64,000 bases of DNA. It comes from a virus. A model generated the notes under the pieces. It was given only the letters and a program-made list of their open reading frames with translations, searched no databases and was not told the origin of the DNA. The DNA lies in the IMG/VR virus record IMGVR_UViG_3300037474_000152; one strand, given 5' to 3'. The translations under genes and the position numbers were made by a program. Position 1 is the first letter of the stretch. Every line of letters starts with the position of its first letter. Below, in pieces: positions 9,104 through 19,501 of this stretch.

Positions 9104-11785
9104 TTAAAGAACTTTATAGGAACCAGAGACTTTGCCGTCAGTCTCAACTACGTCAACTATTACCGACTTAGCACCGTGAACGGCTGAATTTGTCCCGTAG
9201 CAATAACCGTAAAGTCGCTCGTCTACGTTGTCTTCGTATCCATCCCTGTTGCTCGCAACTGAATTATTTAAACGCAGATCGTAGTCGCTGCGAGACATTT
9301 CAACTCGAACGTGATTAGTTGCCATTTTTAAAAACAAGAAGGTGAATAACGTGTCCCTCTCAGGCGATCGCTCGTCACTGCCATCGAGCTAGGGGCTTGA
9401 TTACCCGCAATCGCATGTTTTTACCAACCCACGTAAATACCGACTAAGACTAGAAACAGCAGTCCAACTGCGTAGCCAATGTGGGGGGTGACTATCGTTA
9501 TCCAGTCACCGTAAAACCCCTCACCCCCCACATTGGCTTTGTCGAGGAAAGCGTCGATCGCGATTGCGATGAAGTAGCCAATTAGTATCAGTACGCAACC
9601 CCAGCGAATCAGAGGGAAGGACGTGGCTAGCTGGGATATCCATAGCCCGGAGGCTAACAGCGTGGCTATGAGTGAAATCTGAAAGCGTGTCATGATTGCA
9701 CCTCTAAGCTTGGCTGCTGTTCTATTACGTACAATGGCTCGCAACCTTCCTTGGTAGCTTCGTCGTTCATCTCTTTAGCTAGTTGAGTCGCTTCGTCCAA
9801 ATCAAGAGAATCACTAACAAGCTGACCTTCGTAAGTAATCTTAAATGACATTTGAGTTTCTCCTACAGTGAGTCAAACACAGACTGCTTGGCATAAGCCT
9901 GCTGAGTACCAACCGACTCTGACTGAATCACGCCAGTCGCCAATCTGTGTTGAAGCATCATCTCTTGTAATTTCGCTCCTTGCTGCTGCCAAGTCTGCTC
10001 AGCCTTCATCTTGGTTCCAGCGAATTTGATAGCAGCCTCACGGTTGTTAAGCGCTGCGCTGATTTGCCGTGACTGATGGTCGATCTGCTGGTTGATGAGT
10101 TCGTTTTGGTTTTCCATAAAGCTTGCAAGTTTAGCGGCATTCATCACAGCTTGAGCAGAAGATTTCATCGGAATCTTTCCGGCTCGTTGCATCACCTTTT
10201 TCGTTCGGGCTTCCACCTGGCGAATATCCTCAGGATTAAGTCCAGAGGCTAACCCTTGACCGTGACTGATACCACCCGAATTGAAGCGAATCATTTGACC
10301 GAGAACCATTACCGTTGCTCCACTTGTGCGATTTCGTTAGATGGGATGAGAGACGCTGTTCTGATTTGGCTGAACAGTAGATAGGTGTAAGTCAAACTCA
10401 AAAACCCTGAGAGTGCGACCATTCCGAAGAATCGGATTTCATTGCGGCTCATTTTGCAACCTCTACTTGGTGTTGACTAAATGTGGATGAAACCAGACGG
10501 GAGAGTGTGAAGGTCGCCCCGAAGGTTAAGAACGTGAAAAACGCGATCGCTAAACAATGCATCGCAATGTTTTCTGCTGCTGCCACTTCCTTGAGTTTCT
10601 GCCTTGCCTTTTGGCTGTCTTGAGCGGCTTCCCTGGTCTGGTAGATAGCATCGCTCAGTCGCCAGTCTTCAAGCCCTTGAGCGTCAAACTCGACCTTCCC
10701 GTCCGGGGTAATCGAGAATCTGACTTTGTTGGTTGCTTCTGCCTCCTTCACTTCGTTGTAGTTGTCCATAAACTATTGCTCCGAGCGTTAATGACATCAA
10801 GAGTAGGTAGCCTGCCCCCATCCAAACGAGGGCATTGTTAGGCTTCAAATTCAAAGAAAGATGGGAAAAGACTCGAACCAAATGCGTTACCGATTTCGAG
10901 AAAGGATTCGGCGTCAGCCGTTTCCTCCATCAGCTTTTCAGTTACACCTTGAACAATTTCAGTTGAAGTATTGCGAATCTCATTGACAATGCTCTCAGTC
11001 CGCGACTTGACGAACTTGCCTTTATGCTGACGGATAGCTGACTCCATCGTGGTCAGCTCGGTTTCCGTCTCCTTGGCTGCGTGAACAATGGCGTCTTGCA
11101 GGCTAACCTGTTTGGCGCTCTTACGTCCGCGACCTTTTGATTTAGCTGAAGTTGCAGTCTTGCCGTTTCCGTTTGCCACTGTCATTGCAGACTGTGGAGC
11201 AATTTCGTCAGCTACTACTTGAGCGTCTGAATCTGAAAGTTCATCTGGGTTGTAACCGTAATCTTTAACCCGTGATTTTAGCTCGCCCTCGTCGAATTCT
11301 TTACCTCTAGCGGCTAGTATTTCGCGTAACTTATTCACTATTTATGCTCCTTTTTTCTTCTTCATTGCAGACTCTGGAAACTTGAATCGAACGTGATCGC
11401 CAACGAATCGCACCCACTGCTGAGCCTCTTCGGTCGTGTACCACTTCGACTTGATTAAAGGGACGCCTATCTCGACTCCCCAGCGGCGAATTGTAGTTGG
11501 ACTTGGCACTGGATTTAGAAACCTAAAGGCTTCGTAGATGTCCTCACCCGTCACTTCACCGTCCAGGCATCGGGCAAACTCATCAAATCCCTCAACTCGC
11601 TGGACGTGGGCAATTGTTAGATTGCGGCGTCCGTTGATGCTTCTGAGTCGGGCGTGAACCTTGATTGTTTTTAGGTTCACCTCACCGTTCAGATACTCGG
11701 ATCTGATTCGTCTCCACTGGCGAGAACTATAGGTTTTCCCCGTAATTCGCTCGTAAGCCTCCTTTAGTGGATCTATTCGTTTCAT
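9104..11785 (-). CDS. Cluster of small membrane/coiled-coil genes upstream of the ATPase (9104-9337, 9421-9693, 9690-9851, 9863-10309, 10306-10452, 10449-10769, 10684-10881, 10838-11338, 11342-11785)
   Basis: Overlapping ATGA/TAATG junctions; four ORFs have TM segments; 11342-11785 has an HTH-like PSPTTIRRWG motif. Confidence 0.6.
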
Positions 11786-11975
11786 CAGCCTTGAACCATT
11801 GAAATTGTGCGCTTTGAGCCGATTCGGTCATTCTGCGACTATCGCTCAAAGCATTGACGCTTCGTGCTTCACCACGGCGACGATAGTAGGTCGATTGCTG
11901 AAGCTATTGATTTTTCGTGGTTCTATGCGGTCGTGACACCGTAGAATGACCGTCCGCTTTCTTGTTTAATTAGAA

Positions 11976-11995
11976 ACCCACCCCTAGGGGTGGGT
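11976..11995. repeat. Perfect 20-bp palindrome ACCCACCCCTAGGGGTGGGT
   Basis: Self-complementary, read directly; intergenic at the head of the ATPase operon. Confidence 0.9.
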
Positions 11996-12040
11996 CGTGA
12001 TGCAAAGTACTTGCGCTATGTACCCTAGACAGAGTAGTTT

Positions 12041-12325
12041 TTATGTGTTATTCAAGCGCTTTTCCCTCATCTTCCAATAAACATTGATTCGATTGACCCG
12101 CTCAAGCTCATCGTTCAATCCATCCACAATCAACTTAGCTGCCAAGCTAGCTGGCGGAAGCCCTTGATCTTCCGCCAGCGCCTCCAATAAATCACGCTGC
12201 TCAGGCTTGAGCGTCACAGAAATCTGGTTTTCAGCCATCTTACGGTTATTTAACGGTTGACAAACTGTTAATATACCGTTTTTCGGGTAGAATAAACAAA
12301 AAGCAGTTGCTTTTCCCTCTAGCAA
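12041..12325 (-). CDS. CopG/RHH-like regulator (likely start MAENQISVTL)
   Basis: ISVTLKPEQRDLLEALAEDQGLPPASLAAKLI pattern. Confidence 0.6.
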   Translation of the reverse strand: MLEGKATAFCLFYPKNGILTVCQPLNNRKMAENQISVTLKPEQRDLLEALAEDQGLPPASLAAKLIVDGLNDELERVNRINVYWKMREKRLNNT

Positions 12326-12364
12326 AGTTCAAAGCAACTGCAACCCCACAAAGAGGCTGATACT

Positions 12365-12634
12365 ATGATTTCACATGAAGCGGAGTTTGGGCTACATCCC
12401 GTAGCGTTACGTAAAGCTTATTTCTGGACACAGCCAGAGTGCTTTAATTTTCTGTATAAGCATCGCATCGTCAAAAGCTTCGATACATTCATGAGCTGGA
12501 TGAGGGGACGGCGTAACCCCAGAGAAGATGTACTTAAGCGAACGTGGGATGCGTATCAAGAGCTACTGAGTGAGGGAAAGACGCCACTCAATCCCAGTGC
12601 CATTGCTGAGTACACAGTAAAGTTGGAGTGGTAG
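12365..12634 (+). CDS. HTH-like regulator divergent from 12041-12325
   Basis: SFDTFMSWMRGRRNP resembles an XRE recognition-helix region. Confidence 0.45.
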   Translation: MISHEAEFGLHPVALRKAYFWTQPECFNFLYKHRIVKSFDTFMSWMRGRRNPREDVLKRTWDAYQELLSEGKTPLNPSAIAEYTVKLEW

Positions 12635-12638
12635 CAAA

Positions 12639-13247
12639 ATGATAAATGTACTGACACTACCTAAGCTGCTACTCTCAGAGCGATTTGACTTACCCAGGAT
12701 TCATGCGGTCTATCTTGTTTTGACCAAAGAAAACAAGGTTGTTTATATAGGCAGCGCCATGTGCCTTTGGAACCGATTAAATCATCACGAGAAGTTGAGA
12801 GACTTTGAATTAAGTGGCGGATATGCTGTCGCATGGATTCAGTATCAAAGCCTTGCAGAGGCAAGAAAGACAGAAATAAAGCTGATTAAAGCCATTGCGC
12901 CGCCGCTCAACTACCAATACAATCAGAGCAGGAAAAAGCGGGTTCCCTCGCCAAAAAGCATGGATAGACCCGATCCAACCATGACTATCAAGGGATTGCC
13001 AGAAGATGATCGCCCAAAAGTTATAGTAATACCCTGTGGATGCGCTTATCTTCCAGCAACTCAAGATATTTTGTGCGCCATAGCAAACACGAACAAAACC
13101 ATCAAAAACAAATTCTCCATTCAGTTCGCCGACGTTCAGGGAATTCAAATCGCTTATAAAGACGAAGCTCTAGAGGCGGATGGCTACGCAAACTTTGATC
13201 GATTCATTAAGTATGAGGAGATCTGCTTCAGCTCTATACGATTTTAG
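12639..13247 (+). CDS. GIY-YIG nuclease domain protein
   Basis: AVYLVL...VVYIGSA...NRLNHHE...E...I...PPLN. Confidence 0.75.
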   Translation: MINVLTLPKLLLSERFDLPRIHAVYLVLTKENKVVYIGSAMCLWNRLNHHEKLRDFELSGGYAVAWIQYQSLAEARKTEIKLIKAIAPPLNYQYNQSRKKRVPSPKSMDRPDPTMTIKGLPEDDRPKVIVIPCGCAYLPATQDILCAIANTNKTIKNKFSIQFADVQGIQIAYKDEALEADGYANFDRFIKYEEICFSSIRF

Positions 13248-13352
13248 TGAGCAATGGTTGCCCGAACCAATACCTGCACCTGTGGCAGTGTGACCGTACT
13301 ACCCAATCAGTACAATAATTAAATCAGTACTATTCATCAACAACCGCTCCTC

Positions 13353-13826
13353 ATGGCGGTTTTTTTTTCTTTCCTGCTTATGCTCAACGAACAGCGTCGA
13401 TTAGATGCCCTCGAACGTATTCAACAAAAGAAGGAGCAAGGGGAAGCCGCTCCCACTCCTATCCGAATTGTTGGCACCTCATCCCCTTCAAAGACCAAAG
13501 CACCAAAAAGAGTGCAAAAACACTGTGCAGTCTGCAATCAACTTTTCGAGGTTCGCTCTAGTTGGGTTAATCGCGTCTCCACGTGCGGAAAACCTACTTG
13601 TAGCTCGCAGTATCACACCAAACGAAAACCCATCAAGCCCCCAGAACCGAAAGTAAAGGCAGATCGCACGGTTACTAAACTTTGCGCGATTTGTTCAATG
13701 CCATTCACTCTTCCCAATAGCTGGAAAGACCGCATTTTCACCTGTCGCAACAGTGACTGCACTTCTACCTACCGATCTCAAAAAAGAAACCGCCCACAAG
13801 GACGGTCTAAGAAAAACGCGGTCTGA
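13353..13826 (+). CDS. Zinc-finger protein with two CxxC...CxxxxC repeats
   Basis: CAVCNQLF...TCGKPTC and CAICSMPF...TCRNSDC. Confidence 0.6.
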   Translation: MAVFFSFLLMLNEQRRLDALERIQQKKEQGEAAPTPIRIVGTSSPSKTKAPKRVQKHCAVCNQLFEVRSSWVNRVSTCGKPTCSSQYHTKRKPIKPPEPKVKADRTVTKLCAICSMPFTLPNSWKDRIFTCRNSDCTSTYRSQKRNRPQGRSKKNAV

Positions 13827-13834
13827 CGCGGGTA

Positions 13835-14905
13835 TCAAAGAAAAGACAACTGTTCGTACTTGCTCGACCGAGTTTTCTTTCCCTTTCGCTGAAGCCAAGG
13901 TGTAGCCCGAGACTCCTGTTCTCGCACCCACCCCTCTTTGTAGGTTGGAGGATACGATCGCGCTTCTAGTAGCTCGTTTACCAACAACTCAACTTCCTCA
14001 CTCAGCCAACCATATTGTCTGAGTTGTGGAATATGGGGCTGAAGCTTTTCCCAGAAATCAATCCTGGCATCCACCTGGATAGCCCCAGCCTTACCCGTGC
14101 GTTGTGAAAGAATGCGAGGTGCAACCCTGAGTTCTTCGATTAGGTCGCGAACAGCAAGAGAGAATGAAGGAATGATGCCGTCGTCCACCTGCTTGGCAAT
14201 TTGCCCCCTGCCTACAACCGGACACATAAAGCATCCCATTCGCAAACTTCCAGACTGGCTTTCAGAGATGTCGTATAGACTCATCAATTTATCAGATACA
14301 CCCTGATACAGCACCTCATCAGAATGCAGGATTAACCAATCCCACACATCGCAGTTACGCCAAGGGGTTAACGGATCGACACTATTCTTGATTCGGTCGA
14401 TGCCACACTCGGACGATCCGCAGGTTTTTAGGTTAGCGTCGCGCTTAGTTGATTCGCCAGTATGTCGCCCCGTAACGCCGATAGCTTTTAACTTCCGCAT
14501 TGGCTCCCCCTTCAGCTTCTCCGTACACCAGCGATTCTTGTGATTGGGGACTGGATACCCATAGCCTACAAGTAGCACCCAAAAGTTTTTCTTGATGGGG
14601 GGGTGAACTTTGACAAAAGGAATTGAGATGCGATTACATAACTGAGCCACCAAGTCAACCAACTCGTACAGCTTTGGGGATTCCAGAAACGTATCGCTGA
14701 AAACAACCTTCACATTCAGTCGCTTTCCCCTGCTCTCACACCACAGTAGATACACCCCTAGCAGCACATGTGAGTCCTTGCCCCCAGAGAATGCAAGCTG
14801 ATATTCCTGGTCAGTAGAAAGGGAGTTGAACACCCCAAACGACCACTCAATGAGCGACTCAAGGCGGGTTTTTGCCGACGGAAAAAGGGAAAGCTGCTGA
14901 TTCAT
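13835..14905 (-). CDS. PAPS reductase family / DndC-like protein
   Basis: PP-loop FSGGKDS; FWVLLVGYGYPVP...RWCTEKLKGEP; RMGCFMCP. Confidence 0.8.
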   Translation of the reverse strand: MNQQLSLFPSAKTRLESLIEWSFGVFNSLSTDQEYQLAFSGGKDSHVLLGVYLLWCESRGKRLNVKVVFSDTFLESPKLYELVDLVAQLCNRISIPFVKVHPPIKKNFWVLLVGYGYPVPNHKNRWCTEKLKGEPMRKLKAIGVTGRHTGESTKRDANLKTCGSSECGIDRIKNSVDPLTPWRNCDVWDWLILHSDEVLYQGVSDKLMSLYDISESQSGSLRMGCFMCPVVGRGQIAKQVDDGIIPSFSLAVRDLIEELRVAPRILSQRTGKAGAIQVDARIDFWEKLQPHIPQLRQYGWLSEEVELLVNELLEARSYPPTYKEGWVREQESRATPWLQRKGKKTRSSKYEQLSFL

Positions 14906-15237
14906 CTGTTGTCTCCACTCCCGTTCAAGACCGACCTTTCTTTCCGCGAGTTCAATTTATCCAAATTCGCCTGTACCGCTTCATCCAAGTCCAGTCCCAG
15001 TTCAGTGGCAACGGCTGCGACATACCAAAGAACATCGCCCAATTCTTTCTGGATAGCCAGACGCGACTCATCATCAACCACACCCGCCTTATCTCGCAGC
15101 ACTTTCTTTATCTTCTCTGCGACCTCCCCAGATTCGCCAGCTAATCCGAGGGTTGTATAGGCTAAGCCCAGTGGTTCGCCCTTGCCTGGGTAGATAGCTG
15201 TACGTGTGGCGAGATTTTGGTATTCCAATAGGTTCAT
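14902..15237 (-). CDS. mazG: MazG-like nucleoside triphosphate pyrophosphohydrolase
   Basis: GLAGESGEVAEKIKK...KELGDVLWYVA...NLDKLNSR. Confidence 0.9.
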   Translation of the reverse strand: MNLLEYQNLATRTAIYPGKGEPLGLAYTTLGLAGESGEVAEKIKKVLRDKAGVVDDESRLAIQKELGDVLWYVAAVATELGLDLDEAVQANLDKLNSRKERSVLNGSGDNR

Positions 15238-15854
15238 TTGCTTTGCTCCACATAAGGTCTAAATGTCAGATTAATCCTCTCTCCCACTGGCTTGGCTGTC
15301 TTGCAAAGTCGATGCACCCAATGCTCTTGGCATCCTGGTAGCATCAGAATTAGACTGCCGTGCGTTAGCTCGTAGGTGACCGGGTCTTGCTTCAGCTTCT
15401 TTGGCTTGAGCTGAAACCGACGAGTGGCACCCAGTGAGATAGATGCGATCGCGGGACTTTTCCCCATACTTGGCTCATTGTCACTGTGCCAGCCAATATG
15501 GTCGCTGCCACTGCGGTAGTAGTTGCCAATAACCAGCTGATAACGAAACTGGGCTAGCTCGTTTACAGAGTGTCGAATGAAATGCAGCAGAGGCGTCCAG
15601 GGTTGGGCTATTAGTTCCACACTGCCAGAGTACAGATATCGGTAGTTTTCAGAGTCGCCGTGCATCACCTCCAGTCGGGGCAACTCTATCCACTTCCCCA
15701 GCATTCTGATTTTGTTGTGCTGCCACTTCAGTTGCTTGCAATGATCGAATAGCATGTCTGCGTTATGTGGCTCCAAGAAGTTTTGGTAGAACTGGATTGG
15801 GGGTTCTGTTGACTGGGGTGTTGATTGGGGAAATAGCTCTAACTGCTTAGTCAT
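15234..15854 (-). CDS. alkB: AlkB-family 2OG-Fe(II) dioxygenase (ALKBH2/3-like)
   Basis: NYYRSGSDHIGWHSD (HxD), IASISLGATRRF, HGSLILM, H, RINLTFR. Confidence 0.9.
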   Translation of the reverse strand: MTKQLELFPQSTPQSTEPPIQFYQNFLEPHNADMLFDHCKQLKWQHNKIRMLGKWIELPRLEVMHGDSENYRYLYSGSVELIAQPWTPLLHFIRHSVNELAQFRYQLVIGNYYRSGSDHIGWHSDNEPSMGKSPAIASISLGATRRFQLKPKKLKQDPVTYELTHGSLILMLPGCQEHWVHRLCKTAKPVGERINLTFRPYVEQSK

Positions 15855-15950
15855 TTCTCTCCTCCCTTAATAGATCTGATTAGCGCGGACGCCACGATGA
15901 AAGGGATGAAAATAGCAAACACGGCAATGGCTGCTATTGCGCGAATAGGT

Positions 15951-16220
15951 TTAGGCATTGCACTCTTCCTTCTCAGCCTGATACCAAAACTCGGAATTCT
16001 CAATGATTGATTGCTCTAGCCAATAACCGCAAATCAAATAAGACCATGTGCAGAAATCCGGATCGGGTTCGCAATCTTCAATTACACCCTCGCCTTCAAT
16101 GTGACCATCGAAACCCTCAACATCCGTAGAGAGTACTCGAAGCTTAAAGTAGTGCGTTTCCCCTACTTTGTAGAGTGGCTGTCCGCATTGTTCGATGATT
16201 TCTGGTGTTTGTAGTGTCAT
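15951..16220 (-). CDS. Hypothetical protein
   Basis: 89-aa ORF overlapping the neighbour's stop. Confidence 0.5.
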   Translation of the reverse strand: MTLQTPEIIEQCGQPLYKVGETHYFKLRVLSTDVEGFDGHIEGEGVIEDCEPDPDFCTWSYLICGYWLEQSIIENSEFWYQAEKEECNA

Positions 16221-16774
16221 TTGCCCTCCAACAGTTCAAGTATTTCAGCTATCTTTTCAGGCTTGGAATTAACGACTATGTCGATCAGTTTTAGCTTTGC
16301 GTAGTCTTCAACAAAGGAGACGGACTTCCTGATTCTCGTCTTGTTGCTTTTTGCCCACTCGGCGTTTTTCCATTCTTGTGGAGACTCAAATTGAGTGCCG
16401 CCTACAAAAATTCCATCAACATTAAGGTGGTACGAAGTATTAAGAGGATTACTCCATCGAGGTTTACCTACTGAGGTAAAACCATTGGGTCTTCTTCCGT
16501 TTAGGTTTGGATTAAGGCTTGAGATGAATTGGTGTTCTGCCACCTCTAGCGCCGATACTTCGCAATACTGTAGAACGTCAAACTGAAATGCGGTAAAGCC
16601 ATACTTTCGAGAAAGAAAGCTCAACACATTTGAGTGACAGTGCCCAGATCTAAGGCTAGCTTCATGCTGAACCCATCTTTGCTCAATATTTTTTGAGGCT
16701 CCAATATAAAAGTCTTTTGTGGGAAGACACGTAATTTGATAGACACCTGAAGTTGCCATCATTTCTCCTCCCAT
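16217..16774 (-). CDS. GIY-YIG endonuclease
   Basis: SGVYQITC...FYIGASKNIEQRWVQH...E. Confidence 0.8.
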   Translation of the reverse strand: MGGEMMATSGVYQITCLPTKDFYIGASKNIEQRWVQHEASLRSGHCHSNVLSFLSRKYGFTAFQFDVLQYCEVSALEVAEHQFISSLNPNLNGRRPNGFTSVGKPRWSNPLNTSYHLNVDGIFVGGTQFESPQEWKNAEWAKSNKTRIRKSVSFVEDYAKLKLIDIVVNSKPEKIAEILELLEGK

Positions 16775-16968
16775 CCCAAAAACTCACCTGGTTGAACCTT
16801 AAATGTTTTACAGATAAGCTCTTGTATCTGTTTTGACGGGTAGTTGTTTCGGTTCCTGAACAGTCGATGAGCGGTAGACTCTGGAATCTCAGTTTTTTGA
16901 GCAAACTCGTAAGCCGTTTTTATTCCTTGTTGAGTAGCGAACTCCTTAACCTTGTTGATCATTGCCAT
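16759..16968 (-). CDS. Cro/C1-type HTH regulator
   Basis: TAYEFAQKTEIPESTAHRLFRN...ICKTFKVQPGEFL. Confidence 0.85.
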   Translation of the reverse strand: MAMINKVKEFATQQGIKTAYEFAQKTEIPESTAHRLFRNRNNYPSKQIQELICKTFKVQPGEFLGWEEK

Positions 16969-17014
16969 TGGTATTTACTGAATACATCAATACAATACTC
17001 TCATTGATTGATAC

Positions 17015-17029
17015 TGTCAACTATTGACA
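17015..17029. promoter_or_regulatory. Palindromic operator-like site TGTCAA-CTA-TTGACA in a divergent promoter region
   Basis: Inverted repeat containing a -35-like TTGACA, between the HTH gene and the rightward operon. Confidence 0.45.
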
Positions 17030-17118
17030 CTACCATCAAATGACAGTACATTAAATACAGGCAAGCAACCATCTTGCCACTCCCAAGTTTCGGTGCTGCT
17101 CACCTACCCAATACACAC

Positions 17119-17408
17119 ATGACAGATAAGCAGCAGCCACAGCCCAGCAAAGACGAAATCAAGCAGATAGTTCAGAATTTTTTCTGCGTCTCGCCCAAAG
17201 CAAAGCAACTCATCAACGAGCAATCAAAGGAAAAATAATGGCAAAGCTTTCATACAATCAAACGACCGGAATGTTTCAAGTAACCGAGCTAGGTCGTCTA
17301 GTTGACCAGGATAAAGACTTCGATGCCCTAGCAATTCGCCAGGGATTCATGAGCAAGGACGAGAACGAGGATGAGGAGTTCGACCCCCTTGCAGAAGACA
17401 AAGAGTAG
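17119..17408 (+). CDS. Two small ORFs below the track cut-off (17119-17238, 39 aa; 17238-17408, 56 aa acidic)
   Basis: Read by hand; TAATG coupling. Confidence 0.45.
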
Positions 17409-17507
17409 CGCATTTGCCCAAACCAAAACCCGTCCTCTGACCGAATGGACAACGACAGAAGACGGGAAGCCCAGAGAAAACGCGAGTAAACCCTGAGTAA
17501 ACCAATT

Positions 17508-18227
17508 ATGACCTACACAGAACCCAAATCATCAACCTTCCGAGTATTTGACCACGCAACAACAGAAGCAGTAGTAGGCGATGTATTCCATCTACCCTAT
17601 CAGCCTTCAGTTCGTATTATCGCCGCTGTAGATTCCGGTGATTATGTTTGCTACGTAGTTCAATCCGGCAATGAAAAGCCGGAACAGTGGGACATCCTAA
17701 AGCCTGAAGCTGAGCTACGCGAACAGGAACGCAACCGGGTTGAGGCTGAAGCGCTAGAGGCGGAAATAGAGATGAGCGCAATCATTCACGGCGCAAGCCA
17801 AGAAGAGATAGAGTCAGCCATCTTTTCTCTAATGCCTTTAGAGTACGATTGGTTGGCTTGCCGCTCTGACGACATTGAGCCTGCGTTCGACCGATACGCC
17901 CCACCCAATCCAGCGGTTGAAGTTGTCGAGATTAGCCCTTGGCTGGAGACAGAGAAGGGAGAGCTTTACAAACTCAGCGCTTACCGAGTCACTGATGAAA
18001 ATGGCATCCACGATGTGATTCTAGATTCGCGTGGCGCAGTCATCTGCAATTGCCCAGAACATCGCCACAGTGGAGCGTGTGAGCATTCTGAGCTAGTCAA
18101 GGAGCAGTGGCAAGCTTTCTGGTTATACCTGCAATCCTTGCCGGGAGAGCATCAGGCTGACATCCTTCCACTCACTGGCAACGCATATCACGACTCGCAA
18201 TGGACTAGCGAAGGGTGCGAGTTCTAG
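17508..18227 (+). CDS. SWIM zinc-finger protein
   Basis: ICNCPEHRHSGACEH (CxC...CxH). Confidence 0.65.
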   Translation: MTYTEPKSSTFRVFDHATTEAVVGDVFHLPYQPSVRIIAAVDSGDYVCYVVQSGNEKPEQWDILKPEAELREQERNRVEAEALEAEIEMSAIIHGASQEEIESAIFSLMPLEYDWLACRSDDIEPAFDRYAPPNPAVEVVEISPWLETEKGELYKLSAYRVTDENGIHDVILDSRGAVICNCPEHRHSGACEHSELVKEQWQAFWLYLQSLPGEHQADILPLTGNAYHDSQWTSEGCEF

Positions 18228-18332
18228 CCAATAGAGTTAGGGCATCTACCAATCACATAACATTCATAGGGTGTATAACCATCATGCATTTACAAGCACA
18301 ATACCTTGGAATTCTCGTAGACCCATCAAGTC

Positions 18333-18527
18333 ATGACGACATCCCTCCCACCGACTCTCACACCAGAGTACAAGGCGATTCTGGTACAGGCAATACAGGC
18401 GGCACGAACGCACAGTCAGCCCAACACAACTCAGCTCGACCGCATCCACGCATTAAGTCAACTCACGAAACTAGTACTGGAACTAGACGATAACGATCCA
18501 CTTTGGCTAGCCGCATTAGAACAGTAA
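18333..18527 (+). CDS. Hypothetical protein
   Basis: 64-aa ORF in operon context. Confidence 0.45.
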   Translation: MTTSLPPTLTPEYKAILVQAIQAARTHSQPNTTQLDRIHALSQLTKLVLELDDNDPLWLAALEQ

Positions 18528-19261
18528 ACCTTACTTCATTCATTGCAACCATGAACAGCGTTAATCCTTTTGCTCAGTCTTACCAACTTCCCGAACAGGC
18601 GTCCTCTGGCAGCTACATGAAACTGCGTCAAGGCAAAAACAAAATCCGCATCCTGCAAGACCCGATCGCAGGGTGGTTGTACTGGAGTGCCGCAAACCGC
18701 CCTGTCCGACTCAAGGAAGCCCCTGTTGAAGTTCCTGCTGACATCCGTCGCGACGATGAAGGCAAGGCTGAGCGAATCAAACATTTTTGGGCAATGATTG
18801 TTTGGAACTATGCCAGCGAATGCGTCTGCATCCTAGAGATTACACAGACCACGATCCAAAAACACATTCTTGCATTATCTCAGTCAGACTGGGGTAGCCC
18901 TCTCGATTACGACTTAGAAATCAACCGGACAGGCGAAAAACTAGAGACAGAATACACGGTCCTGAACCTTCCCCCTAAACCAGTCCCACCCGCAGCTCTT
19001 AAGTCATTGCAAGAGCGTCCAGTTGACTTAATGGCGTTGTTTGACGGAGCTGACCCATTTTCACCTAAGTCAAAGCCGTGGGAAGCATGGACGACGATGG
19101 ATGCTGCTATTGTTTGGGCTATAGGGCAATGCCGTCAATCAACCGATGAATTAAAAGTGCTGGCAGAGACAGCAGCCGAATCTAAAGGGAGCTGGTCAGA
19201 AGCTTGCCGCGAGTTTTACAACATAGTGTGCAGTATCTCATCGGGTGACACTGATTTTTAG
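18503..19261 (+). CDS. Phage single-stranded DNA-binding protein-like
   Basis: YMKLRQGKNKIRIL...KHFWAMIVWNY...ILEITQTTI...WGSPLDYDLEINRTGEKLETEYTV pattern; real start probably the ATG near 18551. Confidence 0.6.
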   Translation: MASRIRTVNLTSFIATMNSVNPFAQSYQLPEQASSGSYMKLRQGKNKIRILQDPIAGWLYWSAANRPVRLKEAPVEVPADIRRDDEGKAERIKHFWAMIVWNYASECVCILEITQTTIQKHILALSQSDWGSPLDYDLEINRTGEKLETEYTVLNLPPKPVPPAALKSLQERPVDLMALFDGADPFSPKSKPWEAWTTMDAAIVWAIGQCRQSTDELKVLAETAAESKGSWSEACREFYNIVCSISSGDTDF

Positions 19262-19289
19262 AGCAATCAAAACCAAATAACACGCTTGC

Positions 19290-19322
19290 ACCCGCCTTTG
19301 ATTGGGCGGGTTTCTTTTTTTT
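19290..19322 (+). terminator. Intrinsic terminator
   Basis: ACCCGCC/GGCGGGT stem followed by a T-run. Confidence 0.75.
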
Positions 19323-19501
19323 GGACAGGCCCCCACCCAATTAAGATAACCGCGTTACACCGCGCCTTGTGTGGGGTGTGAGCTTTCTCCTTCAAATGGG
19401 CGACAGTCGTTAAAATACTCTTTTACGACTGTCACAGGCTTGGTTCCCTTTTCCCTCGACTCGGCTCAAAACTTGGACACTTACAGCTAGCGGCTAAAGG
19501 C

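Noticed and set aside
11976-11995. Protelomerase telRL site of a linear phage-plasmid
   Set aside because: The palindrome is short and GC-rich, and no protelomerase was recognised in the window.
13835-14905. Complete Dnd phosphorothioation system
   Set aside because: Only a DndC-like gene is present; no DndD ATPase, DndE or DndB.
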